64,000 nucleotides of DNA from NCBI GenBank assembly GCA_949300345.1, contig CASGDR010000008.1:149096-213095 (forward strand), written 5' to 3'. Below, in pieces: positions 36,586-45,202 of the stretch. Position 1 is the stretch's first letter; the number at the start of each line of letters is the position of its first letter. This stretch comes from an uncultured bacterium (lineage in GTDB: Bacteria; Bacillota_I; Bacilli_A; RFN20; CAG-826). The notes below the pieces were generated by a model. The model was not told the origin of the DNA. It saw only the letters and a program-made list of their open reading frames with translations, and did not search any database. The position numbers and the translations under genes were made by a program.

Positions 36586-37020
36586 TTATTCGATGGTGAT
36601 CGAACGTTTGGGCTCTTCTTTGGCCACCAGTTTGGGAAGATAGATGTTCAGGATGCCGTTATCGAGCTTGGCCTTGATGCCCTGCTCGTCTATTTCGCCG
36701 ACATAGAAGCTGCGGCTCACAGAGCCGGTGAACCTTTCGCGATGGACATAGGTCCCCTTGTCTTGGCTTGCTTCCACTTCTTTGTTGACCTCCGCTTTGA
36801 GGCTGAGGTAGCCGTCTTCATAGGAGAGGTCGAGGTCTTCTTTGTTGACCCCGGGCAAATCGATGTTGGCTTCATAATGGTCCTCGAATTCTTTGATATC
36901 GGTCCTCATCTCCAAGGCCCTATTGCAGCTTTTTGGAGCGCGGCCTTCTAGGAGGTTGCCGAAGAAGGTGTCATATAGTTCTTCCGGATTGATGTTGACT
37001 AGGCTTGTTCTTACCATGGT
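36586..37020 (-). CDS. Hsp20/alpha-crystallin small heat-shock protein
   Basis: The start was moved to ATG 37020 (MVRTSLV...), preceded by AAGGAGA. The longer ORF call would translate through the CIRCE element. It has an alpha-crystallin core (DIKEFEDHYEANIDLPGVNKEDLDLSYEDGYLSL...NGILNIYLPK). Confidence 0.9.
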   Translation of the reverse strand, partial: TMVRTSLVNINPEELYDTFFGNLLEGRAPKSCNRALEMRTDIKEFEDHYEANIDLPGVNKEDLDLSYEDGYLSLKAEVNKEVEASQDKGTYVHRERFTGSVSRSFYVGEIDEQGIKAKLDNGILNIYLPKLVAKEEPKRSITIE

Positions 37021-37043
37021 TGTATCTCCTTTCCGATTAAGAT

Positions 37044-37070
37044 TTAGCACTCTTGCTTTCCAAGTGCTAA
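37044..37070. promoter_or_regulatory. CIRCE operator (HrcA site) TTAGCACTC-N9-AAGTGCTAA
   Basis: 17/18 match to TTAGCACTC-N9-GAGTGCTAA. It lies 24 nt upstream of the hsp20 ATG. Confidence 0.85.
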
Positions 37071-37089
37071 CCATACTATAGACTGAAAT

Positions 37090-37116
37090 TTGGCACTGTC
37101 AACACCCGAGTGCTAA
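37090..37116. promoter_or_regulatory. Second CIRCE-like operator TTGGCACTG-N9-GAGTGCTAA
   Basis: 16/18 match. The two elements flank a minus-strand TATAGT -10 candidate. Confidence 0.7.
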
Positions 37117-37166
37117 TTTTCTGGTTTTCTAGAAAAACAAAGCCATGGCCGATTCTTTTTGATGAA

Positions 37167-37493
37167 TCAAGCGGTCAATTCCTTCAGTTTTCCAAGGACT
37201 TGTTCCCTATAGATAAGATAATCAGGCAGAACCAGATACTCCCCTTCCATGGGGTAGCACGACTCCTCAAAGGACCTATTTACCTTATTTAGGACCTCGA
37301 TGATGGAGGCCCTGGCCTCCTGCTCCTTTTTGCTAGATGCGTATTCATCGAAAAGCGATCTAAGCATCTCGTCCGTGCGGGTAGATACATGCACGGGCTT
37401 ATAGAAGATGACAAAGGGGGCTAGAACCTCATTGAGGAGACGCCCCACGTAGTTAACGAACTGTTCTTTTCTTGCTAGTAGTGACTTATCCAT
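37167..37493 (-). CDS. Hypothetical protein (108 aa)
   Basis: An ORF only. It lies between a terminator and the hsp20 control region. I recognise no family. Confidence 0.45.
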   Translation of the reverse strand: MDKSLLARKEQFVNYVGRLLNEVLAPFVIFYKPVHVSTRTDEMLRSLFDEYASSKKEQEARASIIEVLNKVNRSFEESCYPMEGEYLVLPDYLIYREQVLGKLKELTA

Positions 37494-37541
37494 GTAGTAA
37501 GGTATCCGCCTTTTTGCAAAAGGTCTTAAAAATAGGCGAAA

Positions 37542-37568
37542 GAAAAAACCACCGGTTGCCCGATGGTT
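37542..37568 (-). terminator. Intrinsic terminator closing the PIN/4-TM operon
   Basis: On the minus strand, AACCATCGG-GCAA-CCGGTGGTT (one G-U pair) is followed by TTTTC. Confidence 0.65.
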
Positions 37569-37587
37569 GGCTTACTAAGCGCTGCGA

Positions 37588-38136
37588 TTACCGTTTCAAG
37601 GCCGCGCTGATGCCGGTGACAGCCAAGACGGCACCGCTTAAGAGGGAGCAGACCGAAAATAGGATCATGCCCCAGCCTAAGCCGAAGGTTAGGCTCAAAA
37701 TATCGGATTGGACTTCATAGGTATCAAGGCCGAGGAAGTCTTTGGTAAATAGCACCATGACCCCGCCGACGATGAGGACCAAGCTCCCTAACAGTTCCAA
37801 AAATCCAAAGGATTTCCTGGCCACTAGACGGGCCACAAGGGCAAAAATGGCGAATACCGCACCCACGGCCACAAGGGCAAAAGCCGAGATGAGAGCAGCT
37901 GAAGCCTCAATAACGGCGATATCCGCTCCATCAGCAAAATCTGATGAAACTCCTTTGAAGATGGTATCGAAACCGGACTGGGCATCTGTGTACAAAGTCT
38001 CATCAAGCATGTTGCTGCTAATGGTAACGGTCAACCCGTCCCCGGTCAGCATGACGATTCCGACGACGGCGAGAGCAAAAACCGCCAAAACCAGGATCGT
38101 GCTCAATAGCCCCGCTCCTTTCTTTTTCTTTGCCAT
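37588..38136 (-). CDS. 4-TM membrane protein, paralogue C of a tandem triplet
   Basis: The start was set at MAKKKKGAG (ATG 38136, 8 nt after AAAGGAG). It has four hydrophobic helices and the shared motifs SGFDTIF and GLGWG. Confidence 0.6.
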   Translation of the reverse strand: MAKKKKGAGLLSTILVLAVFALAVVGIVMLTGDGLTVTISSNMLDETLYTDAQSGFDTIFKGVSSDFADGADIAVIEASAALISAFALVAVGAVFAIFALVARLVARKSFGFLELLGSLVLIVGGVMVLFTKDFLGLDTYEVQSDILSLTFGLGWGMILFSVCSLLSGAVLAVTGISAALKR

Positions 38137-38196
38137 ACGCATATCTCCTTTCAAAGGAAGGGTCTAATAATTCAAGATGCCTTTCAACTATTTTTC

Positions 38197-38718
38197 CTAA
38201 ACTGATAGTGAAATGATGGCCGAACTCAAAAGAGACAGACAGCCAAGGACCATGGACATCGACATCAGCCAAGCCCCCCAGCCTTGGGAATAGGAAGCCA
38301 GTAAGCCAAAGACCACGTCATAAGCCCCGAATATCAATAGGCAATAGGCATAGAACACCGCTGAAACGAAGGCCAAAATGCCCGAGGATAGTTCCATCGC
38401 GATTTTTAGATAGCGCGGTCCTTTGAATATCCTTAGAAACAAGGAGACGATGGCAAGAAGGGCAGCCAAAGCCCCAATGGAAAAGCCGACGACCAGCCCG
38501 ATGCAGGGGCTATCGCAATATTCGGCACTCAGTTCACTCCAACCGCCGAAGGTGATTTCATAGCCTCCTAGTTCCAGTTGGACCCGAAGCGGGGTGTTGT
38601 TGAGAGCTACGACTATGATGCCGGGGCCAAGTAGAAACAAAAAGCCGGCGACCATCAAGGTCAAACCGGCCGTAACTAATGCAAGATTGAAATATTTCGA
38701 ATGAATCCAAGAGCCCAT
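38197..38718 (-). CDS. 4-TM membrane protein, paralogue B
   Basis: A TAATG overlap joins it to paralogue A. Its motifs are GGYEITF and QGWGAW. Confidence 0.6.
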   Translation of the reverse strand: MGSWIHSKYFNLALVTAGLTLMVAGFLFLLGPGIIVVALNNTPLRVQLELGGYEITFGGWSELSAEYCDSPCIGLVVGFSIGALAALLAIVSLFLRIFKGPRYLKIAMELSSGILAFVSAVFYAYCLLIFGAYDVVFGLLASYSQGWGAWLMSMSMVLGCLSLLSSAIISLSV

Positions 38719-39188
38719 TAGCGCTTCTTCGAAGACATGCCGAGGAAGCCGATGACGAGCAGGATCAAGGCGCCGACGCCGGCAACGAGTCCGGCAGTCA
38801 TGAAGCCATAGCCTAGGCTATAGGTGGCTTTGACGGGGTCAAGGGAAACGATCATCGGGGCAATTAGGAACAAGACGGCAGTCGAAGCCAGGCAAAGGCC
38901 GGCAACGATGTCGAGGAATCCCGAGAACTTGGTCGATCCGGTAAGCGGCAGGATGGTTCCGAAGGCACCGAAGACGGCCGCGATTACCAGTAGGACGAAG
39001 GCGGCGATCATTCCGCCGGAAGCTTCCTTGGTGATTTCGGCCGCATCATTGGTGAAGATGAAGTCATAGCCGCGGAAGACGTCGCCGTTGGACCTCACGA
39101 TGCCAGGAGCGATCGGGAAGAGGAAGGCACATAGGATCAGAACTAGGCAGATGAGGCCTCCGATTATCATTACAGGTTGTTTTTTCAT
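38718..39188 (-). CDS. 4-TM membrane protein, paralogue A
   Basis: An AAGGA SD lies 7 nt upstream. Its motifs are RGYDFIF and LGYGF. Confidence 0.6.
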   Translation of the reverse strand: MKKQPVMIIGGLICLVLILCAFLFPIAPGIVRSNGDVFRGYDFIFTNDAAEITKEASGGMIAAFVLLVIAAVFGAFGTILPLTGSTKFSGFLDIVAGLCLASTAVLFLIAPMIVSLDPVKATYSLGYGFMTAGLVAGVGALILLVIGFLGMSSKKR

Positions 39189-39250
39189 GGTTGAATCCTT
39201 TTCAGACGATATGGATATTACACTTAGGAGAATTGCGCTTCAAGGTATCC

Positions 39251-41014
39251 CTAAAGGGAATCGCCTGTTTCTTTTTTCAGCTCCTTGGCCTTGGCATTGA
39301 GTTCGCGCAGTCCAAACTTCAGTCCAGTCCTCTCTTTTGGGGTGAGTTTGTGGAGCAATTCGATCTGGGCGCTGACGTCCTTAAGCTTGTTGGCTGGGGC
39401 ATAGTTGGGGTTGCTCAGGTTGGCCTGTAGTCTCTTATCGGCTTTAAGGGCAGTCTCGACGTTTTCATTTACGGGCTTTTCCTCTTTGGCCTTGGCGGGC
39501 TTTTTGGGTACTTTCGTGGCCGGGGCCTTTTTGGTTTCGGCCTTTTTCGTTTCAGCCTTTTTGGGTTGAGTTTTCTTTTCCTGCTTTGGTTCCTCGGCTT
39601 GGGCCTTCTCGCCATCGCGGGTTACCTTGCGCTCGATGCGCTTGGCCTGGTTCTCGTTATCGGGAACCCCGACGATGAGGGTCGCCCCGTGGGGGACTAC
39701 GCTTCTGGAGGTGGCCTGTACCGTCTTGCGGTTGCTCTTGCCTAAGGGTCTTGATGGATCATTTTCATCAATTTGGCCTTGGTTTTGCACCGTTTCGGGT
39801 ACTTTGGCTTTCACAAGCATCTGAGGACGGGGCTTGGGTTCAGCCTTCTTGGCTTCTTCCTTGGCCTCTTCCCTAGCGGCATAGACTTGAATCTTGCGGT
39901 CGGCAAAGATGAGTTCCAGTTTGGTGCCCTTGAAGTCAAGGGGATACCTTTCGGATTCGATGCGCGGCAATTTGGAAACGATGGCGTTTAGGTCATCGAT
40001 GGTGATGTCCAAGGGTCCGTGGACCGGAGCGAAGTAGTTGATGGAAGCATCCCTGACGATGATACCTTTCCTAAGGCAGTAGTCGTTGAGGGCTTCGTAG
40101 CAGTTCCTGCCGCTGGCAAGGGGCTTTTCGCTAGGTGCCTTGGGTTCGGATTCCCTAAGGATTTTCTTTTCCTTGGGGCGGGGTAACAGGTCCACCTTTA
40201 CCTCGGCCTTGGCTTCGACTTTATCAAGGGCTTCTAGTTCCTTTAGTTTGGACTCGAGTTCGGGGATCGGGCAGCGCAGGCGGTATTCCTTGAGCTTTTC
40301 CTCCGAGACTCCCTTGAGCAGGCCAAGCTGGTGGCGGATGTCATTTTCCTTGCGCTTGGCGGGATAGTTGGGGTTGGTGAGATTGCTCGAAAGCCTCTCA
40401 TCGTTGATGAGAATCGGATCTTTGGCCGGTTCATTCTCCCTTTTGTTATTGGGGAATTTGGGATTGTAGGGTTTATCGAATTTCGGATTGGGCCTATTGC
40501 CGTTAGGATCCCCTTTATTGGGGATCAGGGCACCGTTTGGGGCCAATTTCAAAACATCGATCCTGATCCCGTGCTGGGAATTCAGGTTGTTCTGCTTTCT
40601 CAAATCAGACGCGAGGAACTTGTCTTGGGTAATGACCGCGACCTTGGAGTTCAAACGGTGGGTATTGACGAAGTTGTAGATCTGGTTGTCCGCGAAGGTT
40701 TCTTCTTTGCTTTTGAGAATGGTGATTACCTTGTGCCATTTGGCATGCTTTAGGATTTTCCTTGCCCTTTTGGCGGCAATCCTTCTGGCAATCGATTCTC
40801 TTCTGCGGTCGCGCGAATGTTTCTTTAGTTCTTTCAGGCATTCGCTGGGGACTAGGATCTCCAAGCCTTCCTTCCAATACTCCTTTGAAGCAGTAAGGAC
40901 ATCGGCGAAGTTCGGGAACGAGTCTTCCATGAGAGAGCAGGTGTCCACGACCACGTAGTCATATACGCTTAGCTGCGTCGCTAGGGCCGAGGGTTTGCTC
41001 TCGTCGCTATACAT
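39251..41014 (-). CDS. PIN_4-like domain protein (587 aa) with a long K/E/P/N-rich region and an internal duplicated module
   Basis: aa 18-140 read YVVVDTCSLME...LEILVPSECLKELKKHS...KVAVITQDKFL. The tail contains KKAETKKAETKKAPATKVPKKPAKAK. RLxxNLxNPNY modules lie at aa 206-260 and 527-580. Confidence 0.6.
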   Translation of the reverse strand: MYSDESKPSALATQLSVYDYVVVDTCSLMEDSFPNFADVLTASKEYWKEGLEILVPSECLKELKKHSRDRRRESIARRIAAKRARKILKHAKWHKVITILKSKEETFADNQIYNFVNTHRLNSKVAVITQDKFLASDLRKQNNLNSQHGIRIDVLKLAPNGALIPNKGDPNGNRPNPKFDKPYNPKFPNNKRENEPAKDPILINDERLSSNLTNPNYPAKRKENDIRHQLGLLKGVSEEKLKEYRLRCPIPELESKLKELEALDKVEAKAEVKVDLLPRPKEKKILRESEPKAPSEKPLASGRNCYEALNDYCLRKGIIVRDASINYFAPVHGPLDITIDDLNAIVSKLPRIESERYPLDFKGTKLELIFADRKIQVYAAREEAKEEAKKAEPKPRPQMLVKAKVPETVQNQGQIDENDPSRPLGKSNRKTVQATSRSVVPHGATLIVGVPDNENQAKRIERKVTRDGEKAQAEEPKQEKKTQPKKAETKKAETKKAPATKVPKKPAKAKEEKPVNENVETALKADKRLQANLSNPNYAPANKLKDVSAQIELLHKLTPKERTGLKFGLRELNAKAKELKKETGDSL

Positions 41015-41175
41015 ATAGTTGTTTTTGTTTTTGGGATTATTTCCTCCTCGGGCATATCTTACTCTTGCTTTGGCCTATCTTGAAGAGACAACAGATGAGC
41101 CCGTATAGGGAGGGGAAAATTGAAAACGCTTTCAAAATGGGCCAAAAAAGTCTAGGAATAATCGCACTTTTTCGT

Positions 41176-41209
41176 GAAAGGGCTTTCTGAAAGGGCTTTC
41201 TGAAAGGGG
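41176..41209. repeat. Tandem direct repeat GAAAGGGCTTTCT x2 plus a partial third copy, in the divergent intergenic region
   Basis: Read directly: GTGAAAGGGCTTTCTGAAAGGGCTTTCTGAAAGGGGT. Confidence 0.8.
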
Positions 41210-41293
41210 TATCATAGCCAAGGCCCTTGATGCTTGTTCCCCAACCTTTATATTGATGGTGCCCCAAGGGGGTAGAAAGGAGTACCGTTCAAG

Positions 41294-41407
41294 ATGAAAG
41301 AGAACGAAACCTATCTCGAAGAAGTCTACTACGGCGATCTCCTCGAGCAGATCGCGGACCGTGAACTACCGATCTTCGATGATTCCGAAGACGACCTCGC
41401 CCGCTAA
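41294..41407 (+). CDS. Small acidic protein (37 aa): MKENETYLEEVYYGDLLEQIADRELPIFDDSEDDLAR
   Basis: It is not in the ORF track (<60 aa). An AAAGGAG SD lies 11 nt upstream, and a plus-strand intrinsic terminator follows 20 nt downstream. Confidence 0.45.
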   Translation: MKENETYLEEVYYGDLLEQIADRELPIFDDSEDDLAR

Positions 41408-41426
41408 GTAGATAAAGCTAGAGACC

Positions 41427-41452
41427 GGCGCCCTGATCGGGGCGCCTTTTTT
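41427..41452 (+). terminator. Intrinsic terminator GGCGCCC-TGATCG-GGGCGCC-TTTTTT
   Basis: The stem is a perfect 7 bp, with a T6 run on the plus strand only. Confidence 0.7.
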
Positions 41453-41961
41453 CATAGCTTGTCGTATTTTGTAGCCACCCCGAAACACTTTTCGACCGGA
41501 TAGTGCTTCGCTGTCAGGGCCAGTTTCTTTATCAAGCAGTCCTCGGGATCAAAACCCATGAGGCGGCAATAGGCGAAAAGTAGGCTCAGGACCTCTTCGC
41601 TTTTTTTGAAATATTCCTCTCCCTCTAGCTCAAGGAACTTGGAACATTCATAGGCTATTTTCTTGGCCAGGTGCCTAAAATCATCCCCTGCTTCTTTGTT
41701 TCTTAATAAGGAAAAGGTTTCTTCATCCATCCTTTTATAGCTGTAGACACCCCTCATCATCTCAATCTGAAGCAAGGCGGAGTAAACATCCCCCACTTCT
41801 TCCTTGGCCTTTCCTTCATCAAGTTTGGGGATGTTGGTAGACAAAAGCTCGCAAGCTTCCACATAAGCCGTCTTGGATAAGGAAGAGTAGGAGTTGTATC
41901 TAAGCCAGTCCCTTTCTTCTAGGAAGACAATCAGGGGCGCTTCAATTTCCCTGAGTCCCAT
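41452..41961 (-). CDS. MazG-like nucleotide pyrophosphohydrolase (dCTPase-type)
   Basis: It has FLEERDWLRYN...VEACELLS, EEVGDVYSALLQI and a KHYPVEKCFGVATKYDKL tail. The start is uncertain (ATG 41961 or 41985, TTG 42006). Confidence 0.7.
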   Translation of the reverse strand: MGLREIEAPLIVFLEERDWLRYNSYSSLSKTAYVEACELLSTNIPKLDEGKAKEEVGDVYSALLQIEMMRGVYSYKRMDEETFSLLRNKEAGDDFRHLAKKIAYECSKFLELEGEEYFKKSEEVLSLLFAYCRLMGFDPEDCLIKKLALTAKHYPVEKCFGVATKYDKL

Positions 41962-42817
41962 AGTAGGAGGTAAATAGTACCCCATCCGGGGCTTCGCCTT
42001 TTTCAAATGCCTTTAACAAGGCATCGAGATTATTCAAAACATCATCGAAAGCGTGTTCGTTAAGCACTGAATGCACCCTTTCGACATCCCATTGCTTGAC
42101 CTTGACCACATGCAGATAGGGCCATAGGTGCATCACGTCGCAGAAGTGGCGTAGCACCGTATCGGGCTGAGTCTTCTTCTGTTCGTTGAACCGGCGGGGA
42201 AGATATAGTTTGCGGTCTTCGAAATAGGTATTGATCGCCGTTTGGTCGGGCATCCACATCTTCTTGGTAAAGACCATTTTCCTACAAAGCGAGAAGATGT
42301 TCGTGTTCCCGATGGCCTCAAGGTCCATCAGAATCATCCCGGCGTTGCAATAGTTGGGATATAGCCAGACCGAGCCTACGGCATCGGGCACCATCGCGAT
42401 GTAATTTCCCTGCAAATCCATGTCAAATAATTCGGAAATGTCCTTGTTTGCAAGAATGTCAGCGTCTAGGTAAAGGGCCCTTTTTGACCCGATCATGTCC
42501 TTGTCGATGAAAAGCCTGAGCAGGGTATATGGGGAAAAGCGGTTGCGAAGGTTCTTCCCCGTCTTGATCTCGTTATGGACGTCTTCAGAGAGGTCGAGGA
42601 CCTTGACCGAAGAGTTCTTTTCATAGAACTTGACCACCTTGTCCAGGAAGGCCCTTTGGTCCTCCCTAAAGGGTTTGAACCTCTGGTCTATTTCCGAGAA
42701 ATCCCCGGTCAATATATGCGCGGTGATGGGGCGGGTGGTTTTCCTAGCGATGGAGACCAAAGAGGAAAGGATACCCTTGAACATCAGATCGTTGCCGGCA
42801 TAGATAAGGTGGATCAT
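41942..42817 (-). CDS. Glycosyltransferase family 8
   Basis: It has IHLIYAGNDLMF, ALYLDADILANKD (DxD) and a PDQTAIN-type motif. Confidence 0.8.
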   Translation of the reverse strand: MIHLIYAGNDLMFKGILSSLVSIARKTTRPITAHILTGDFSEIDQRFKPFREDQRAFLDKVVKFYEKNSSVKVLDLSEDVHNEIKTGKNLRNRFSPYTLLRLFIDKDMIGSKRALYLDADILANKDISELFDMDLQGNYIAMVPDAVGSVWLYPNYCNAGMILMDLEAIGNTNIFSLCRKMVFTKKMWMPDQTAINTYFEDRKLYLPRRFNEQKKTQPDTVLRHFCDVMHLWPYLHVVKVKQWDVERVHSVLNEHAFDDVLNNLDALLKAFEKGEAPDGVLFTSYYGTQGN

Positions 42818-43011
42818 TTCCTAGATAAATATAACAAAAGAAGCAAGGCTAAGTATCTTGATATATCTAGCCTCTGGGCCAGATACGGCCCCGATTGAGC
42901 AACTAGATAGGGGAAATGTGAGCGAAGCTGAGGGGTCAAACGATTATTATTTTTGGATCTTCCACAAAGAAATAGTGCCCTGAATCAAATAGAAAACCGA
43001 TTTTAGGGGAT

Positions 43012-43040
43012 AAAAAAGCAAGCGGGGGCCGGCTGCTTGC
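43012..43040 (-). terminator. Intrinsic terminator of clpB
   Basis: On the minus strand, GCAAGC-AGCCGGCCCCC-GCTTGC is followed by TTTTTT. Confidence 0.7.
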
Positions 43041-43051
43041 TGAGATTGGAG

Positions 43052-45175
43052 TTATTTCTTGCTCAGGAACAAGGTCCCGTCATCCTTCACATCAAGGACA
43101 TAGATTTCCTCGGTGGAGAGATTGCCGCGGATGATTTCCTCGGCCAGGAAAGTCTCGACCTGGTCTTGGATAAAGCGCTTGATGGGACGCGCACCATAGG
43201 TGGGCGAATAGGCCTTCTCCAAGATGTAGTCCTCCAATTTCTTGGTAAACTCCACGGAGTAGTACTCGCCCTTGAGCCGGTGCGAGAGTTCGCCCAGCAT
43301 CTTTTCGACGACCTTGAGCTGGACCTCTTTGGTAAGCGGATTGAAGTAGACGATCTCGTCGATGCGGTTGAGGAATTCAGGTTTGAAGGTCTTATGTAGC
43401 ATGGCCTCCACCATCTCCTTATGCCCATCGAGGATGTATTCGCTGCCGAGGTTGCTGGTCAAGATGATGATGGTGTTCTTGAAGTCCACCAGACGTCCTT
43501 GGCTATCGGTAAGACGGCCTTCGTCCAGGATCTGCAGTAGCAGGTTGAACACCTCGGGATTGGCCTTTTCGATTTCATCGAATAGAACGATGGAATAAGG
43601 GTTGCGCCTCACTTTTTCGGTGAGCTGTCCCCCTTCCTCGTAGCCGACGTATCCCGGAGGGGCTCCGATCAGCCTGGAAACCGAATATCTTTCCATATAC
43701 TCGGACATGTCGATGCGGATGATATTGCTCTCCGAATCGAAGAGGGCTTCGGCTAGGGCCTTACTGACCTCGGTCTTGCCGACCCCGGTAGGACCTAGGA
43801 AGAGGAAGGAACCGATCGGACGGTTCTGGTCCTTGATCCCGGCCCTCTGGCGGAGGATGGCATTGCTGACCAGCCTGATGGCCTCGTCTTGGCCGATGAC
43901 CCTTTTGGAGAGAATGTCCTTGAGGTCTAGGACCTTTTCGCGGTCGCCCTTTTGAAGCTTGCTGACGGGGATGCCGGTCATTTTGGAGACGATGCGGGCG
44001 ATTTCGTTTTCGTCGACCACCTCGCTGACCAGCCTCTCGTCGGTATTCTTCGAAAGGTCTTCGATCCTCTTTTCCATCTCGGGGATGGCCTTGTATTGGA
44101 GTTCGGAGGCTTTCATGTAATCCCCCGAATTGAAGGCTTGGGTCAAATCAAAGCGGGCCTTTTCGAGTTTGGCCTTGAGGTCCTTGGCCTGCTTGATGGA
44201 CTCTTTTTCCTTGGCCCATTCTTCCTTCAGGGCATCACGGATCTTTTTATCGGCTTCAAGTTCCTTTTCGACCTCTTCAAGCCTCTTTTTGCTGGAGGCA
44301 TCGTGCTCCTTGCCCAAGGCTACTTTCTCTACTTCCATCGAGCGAATCTTCCTTTCGATGTCATCGAGTTCGGCAGGATTGGATTCGATTTCCACCTTGA
44401 TGGAGGCACAGGCCTCGTCGACCAAATCGATGGCCTTGTCGGGCAAGAACCTATTGGTGATGTAGCGGTTGGACATGGTAGCCGCGGCAATAAGGGCCCC
44501 ATCGGTGATGCGCACCCCATGGAAGGACTCAAAGCGTTCCTTGAGCCCCCTAAGGATGGTTATGGTGTCTTCCACGGTAGGTTCCCCTACCATGACCGGC
44601 TGGAACCTTCTTTCCAGAGCCCTATCCTTTTCGATGTATTGGCGGTACTCGTTGAGGGTAGTGGCCCCAATGCAGTCGATCTCGCCCCTAGCCAGCATCG
44701 GCTTGAGCATGTTGGAAGCATCCAAGGCCCCGTCGGTACGGCCCGCCCCCACGATAAGATGGATCTCATCGATGAAGAGGATGATCTTGCCTTCGGATTC
44801 CTTGATGCGGTTGAGCACGGCCTTGAGCCTTTCCTCGAATTCGCCGCGGTACTTGGCCCCGGCCACGAGAGCGCCCATGTCGAGCTCGTATATTTCCTTG
44901 TCTTTTAGCGTGGCGGGCACGTCCTGATTGACGATGCGTTGGGCCAAACCTTCGAGGATGGCAGTCTTGCCAACCCCAGGCTCGCCCAAAAGGATGACGT
45001 TGTTCTTGGACTTGCGCGCCAAGATCTCGATTATCTTTCTTATTTCTTCATCCCTACCGATGACGGGATCGACTTTGCCGGCCTTCACGGCCTCGTTGAT
45101 ATTGCGGCCGAACTTTGAAAGAAGTTCAGGGTCTTTGGAGTAATCTTGCATTCCCATTTCGTTCATGGTTATCAC
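43052..45175 (-). CDS. clpB: ClpB disaggregase lacking the N-terminal domain (707 aa)
   Basis: It has two AAA+ modules ([10 protein letters not shown] and GPTGVGKTE) separated by a coiled-coil M-domain. The protein starts 18 aa before the [10 protein letters not shown] block. Confidence 0.9.
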   Translation of the reverse strand: MITMNEMGMQDYSKDPELLSKFGRNINEAVKAGKVDPVIGRDEEIRKIIEILARKSKNNVILLGEPGVGKTAILEGLAQRIVNQDVPATLKDKEIYELDMGALVAGAKYRGEFEERLKAVLNRIKESEGKIILFIDEIHLIVGAGRTDGALDASNMLKPMLARGEIDCIGATTLNEYRQYIEKDRALERRFQPVMVGEPTVEDTITILRGLKERFESFHGVRITDGALIAAATMSNRYITNRFLPDKAIDLVDEACASIKVEIESNPAELDDIERKIRSMEVEKVALGKEHDASSKKRLEEVEKELEADKKIRDALKEEWAKEKESIKQAKDLKAKLEKARFDLTQAFNSGDYMKASELQYKAIPEMEKRIEDLSKNTDERLVSEVVDENEIARIVSKMTGIPVSKLQKGDREKVLDLKDILSKRVIGQDEAIRLVSNAILRQRAGIKDQNRPIGSFLFLGPTGVGKTEVSKALAEALFDSESNIIRIDMSEYMERYSVSRLIGAPPGYVGYEEGGQLTEKVRRNPYSIVLFDEIEKANPEVFNLLLQILDEGRLTDSQGRLVDFKNTIIILTSNLGSEYILDGHKEMVEAMLHKTFKPEFLNRIDEIVYFNPLTKEVQLKVVEKMLGELSHRLKGEYYSVEFTKKLEDYILEKAYSPTYGARPIKRFIQDQVETFLAEEIIRGNLSTEEIYVLDVKDDGTLFLSKK

Positions 45176-45202
45176 CTCCCGAGCAATATTATAGAACCAA
45201 AG

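Noticed and set aside
41037-41267. A 76-aa minus-strand ORF in the PIN / small-ORF intergenic region
   Set aside because: It spans the tandem repeat and promoter region, has no SD and its composition looks random. It is likely spurious.
43952-44908. A 318-aa plus-strand ORF inside clpB. Similar long antisense or alternate-frame ORFs lie inside secA, YfhO, speA::aguA, the GH53 genes and the permeases.
   Set aside because: They lie opposite strongly supported genes, have biased G/D/V/L/E composition and no motifs. This is typical of stop-poor antisense frames in ~50% G+C coding DNA.
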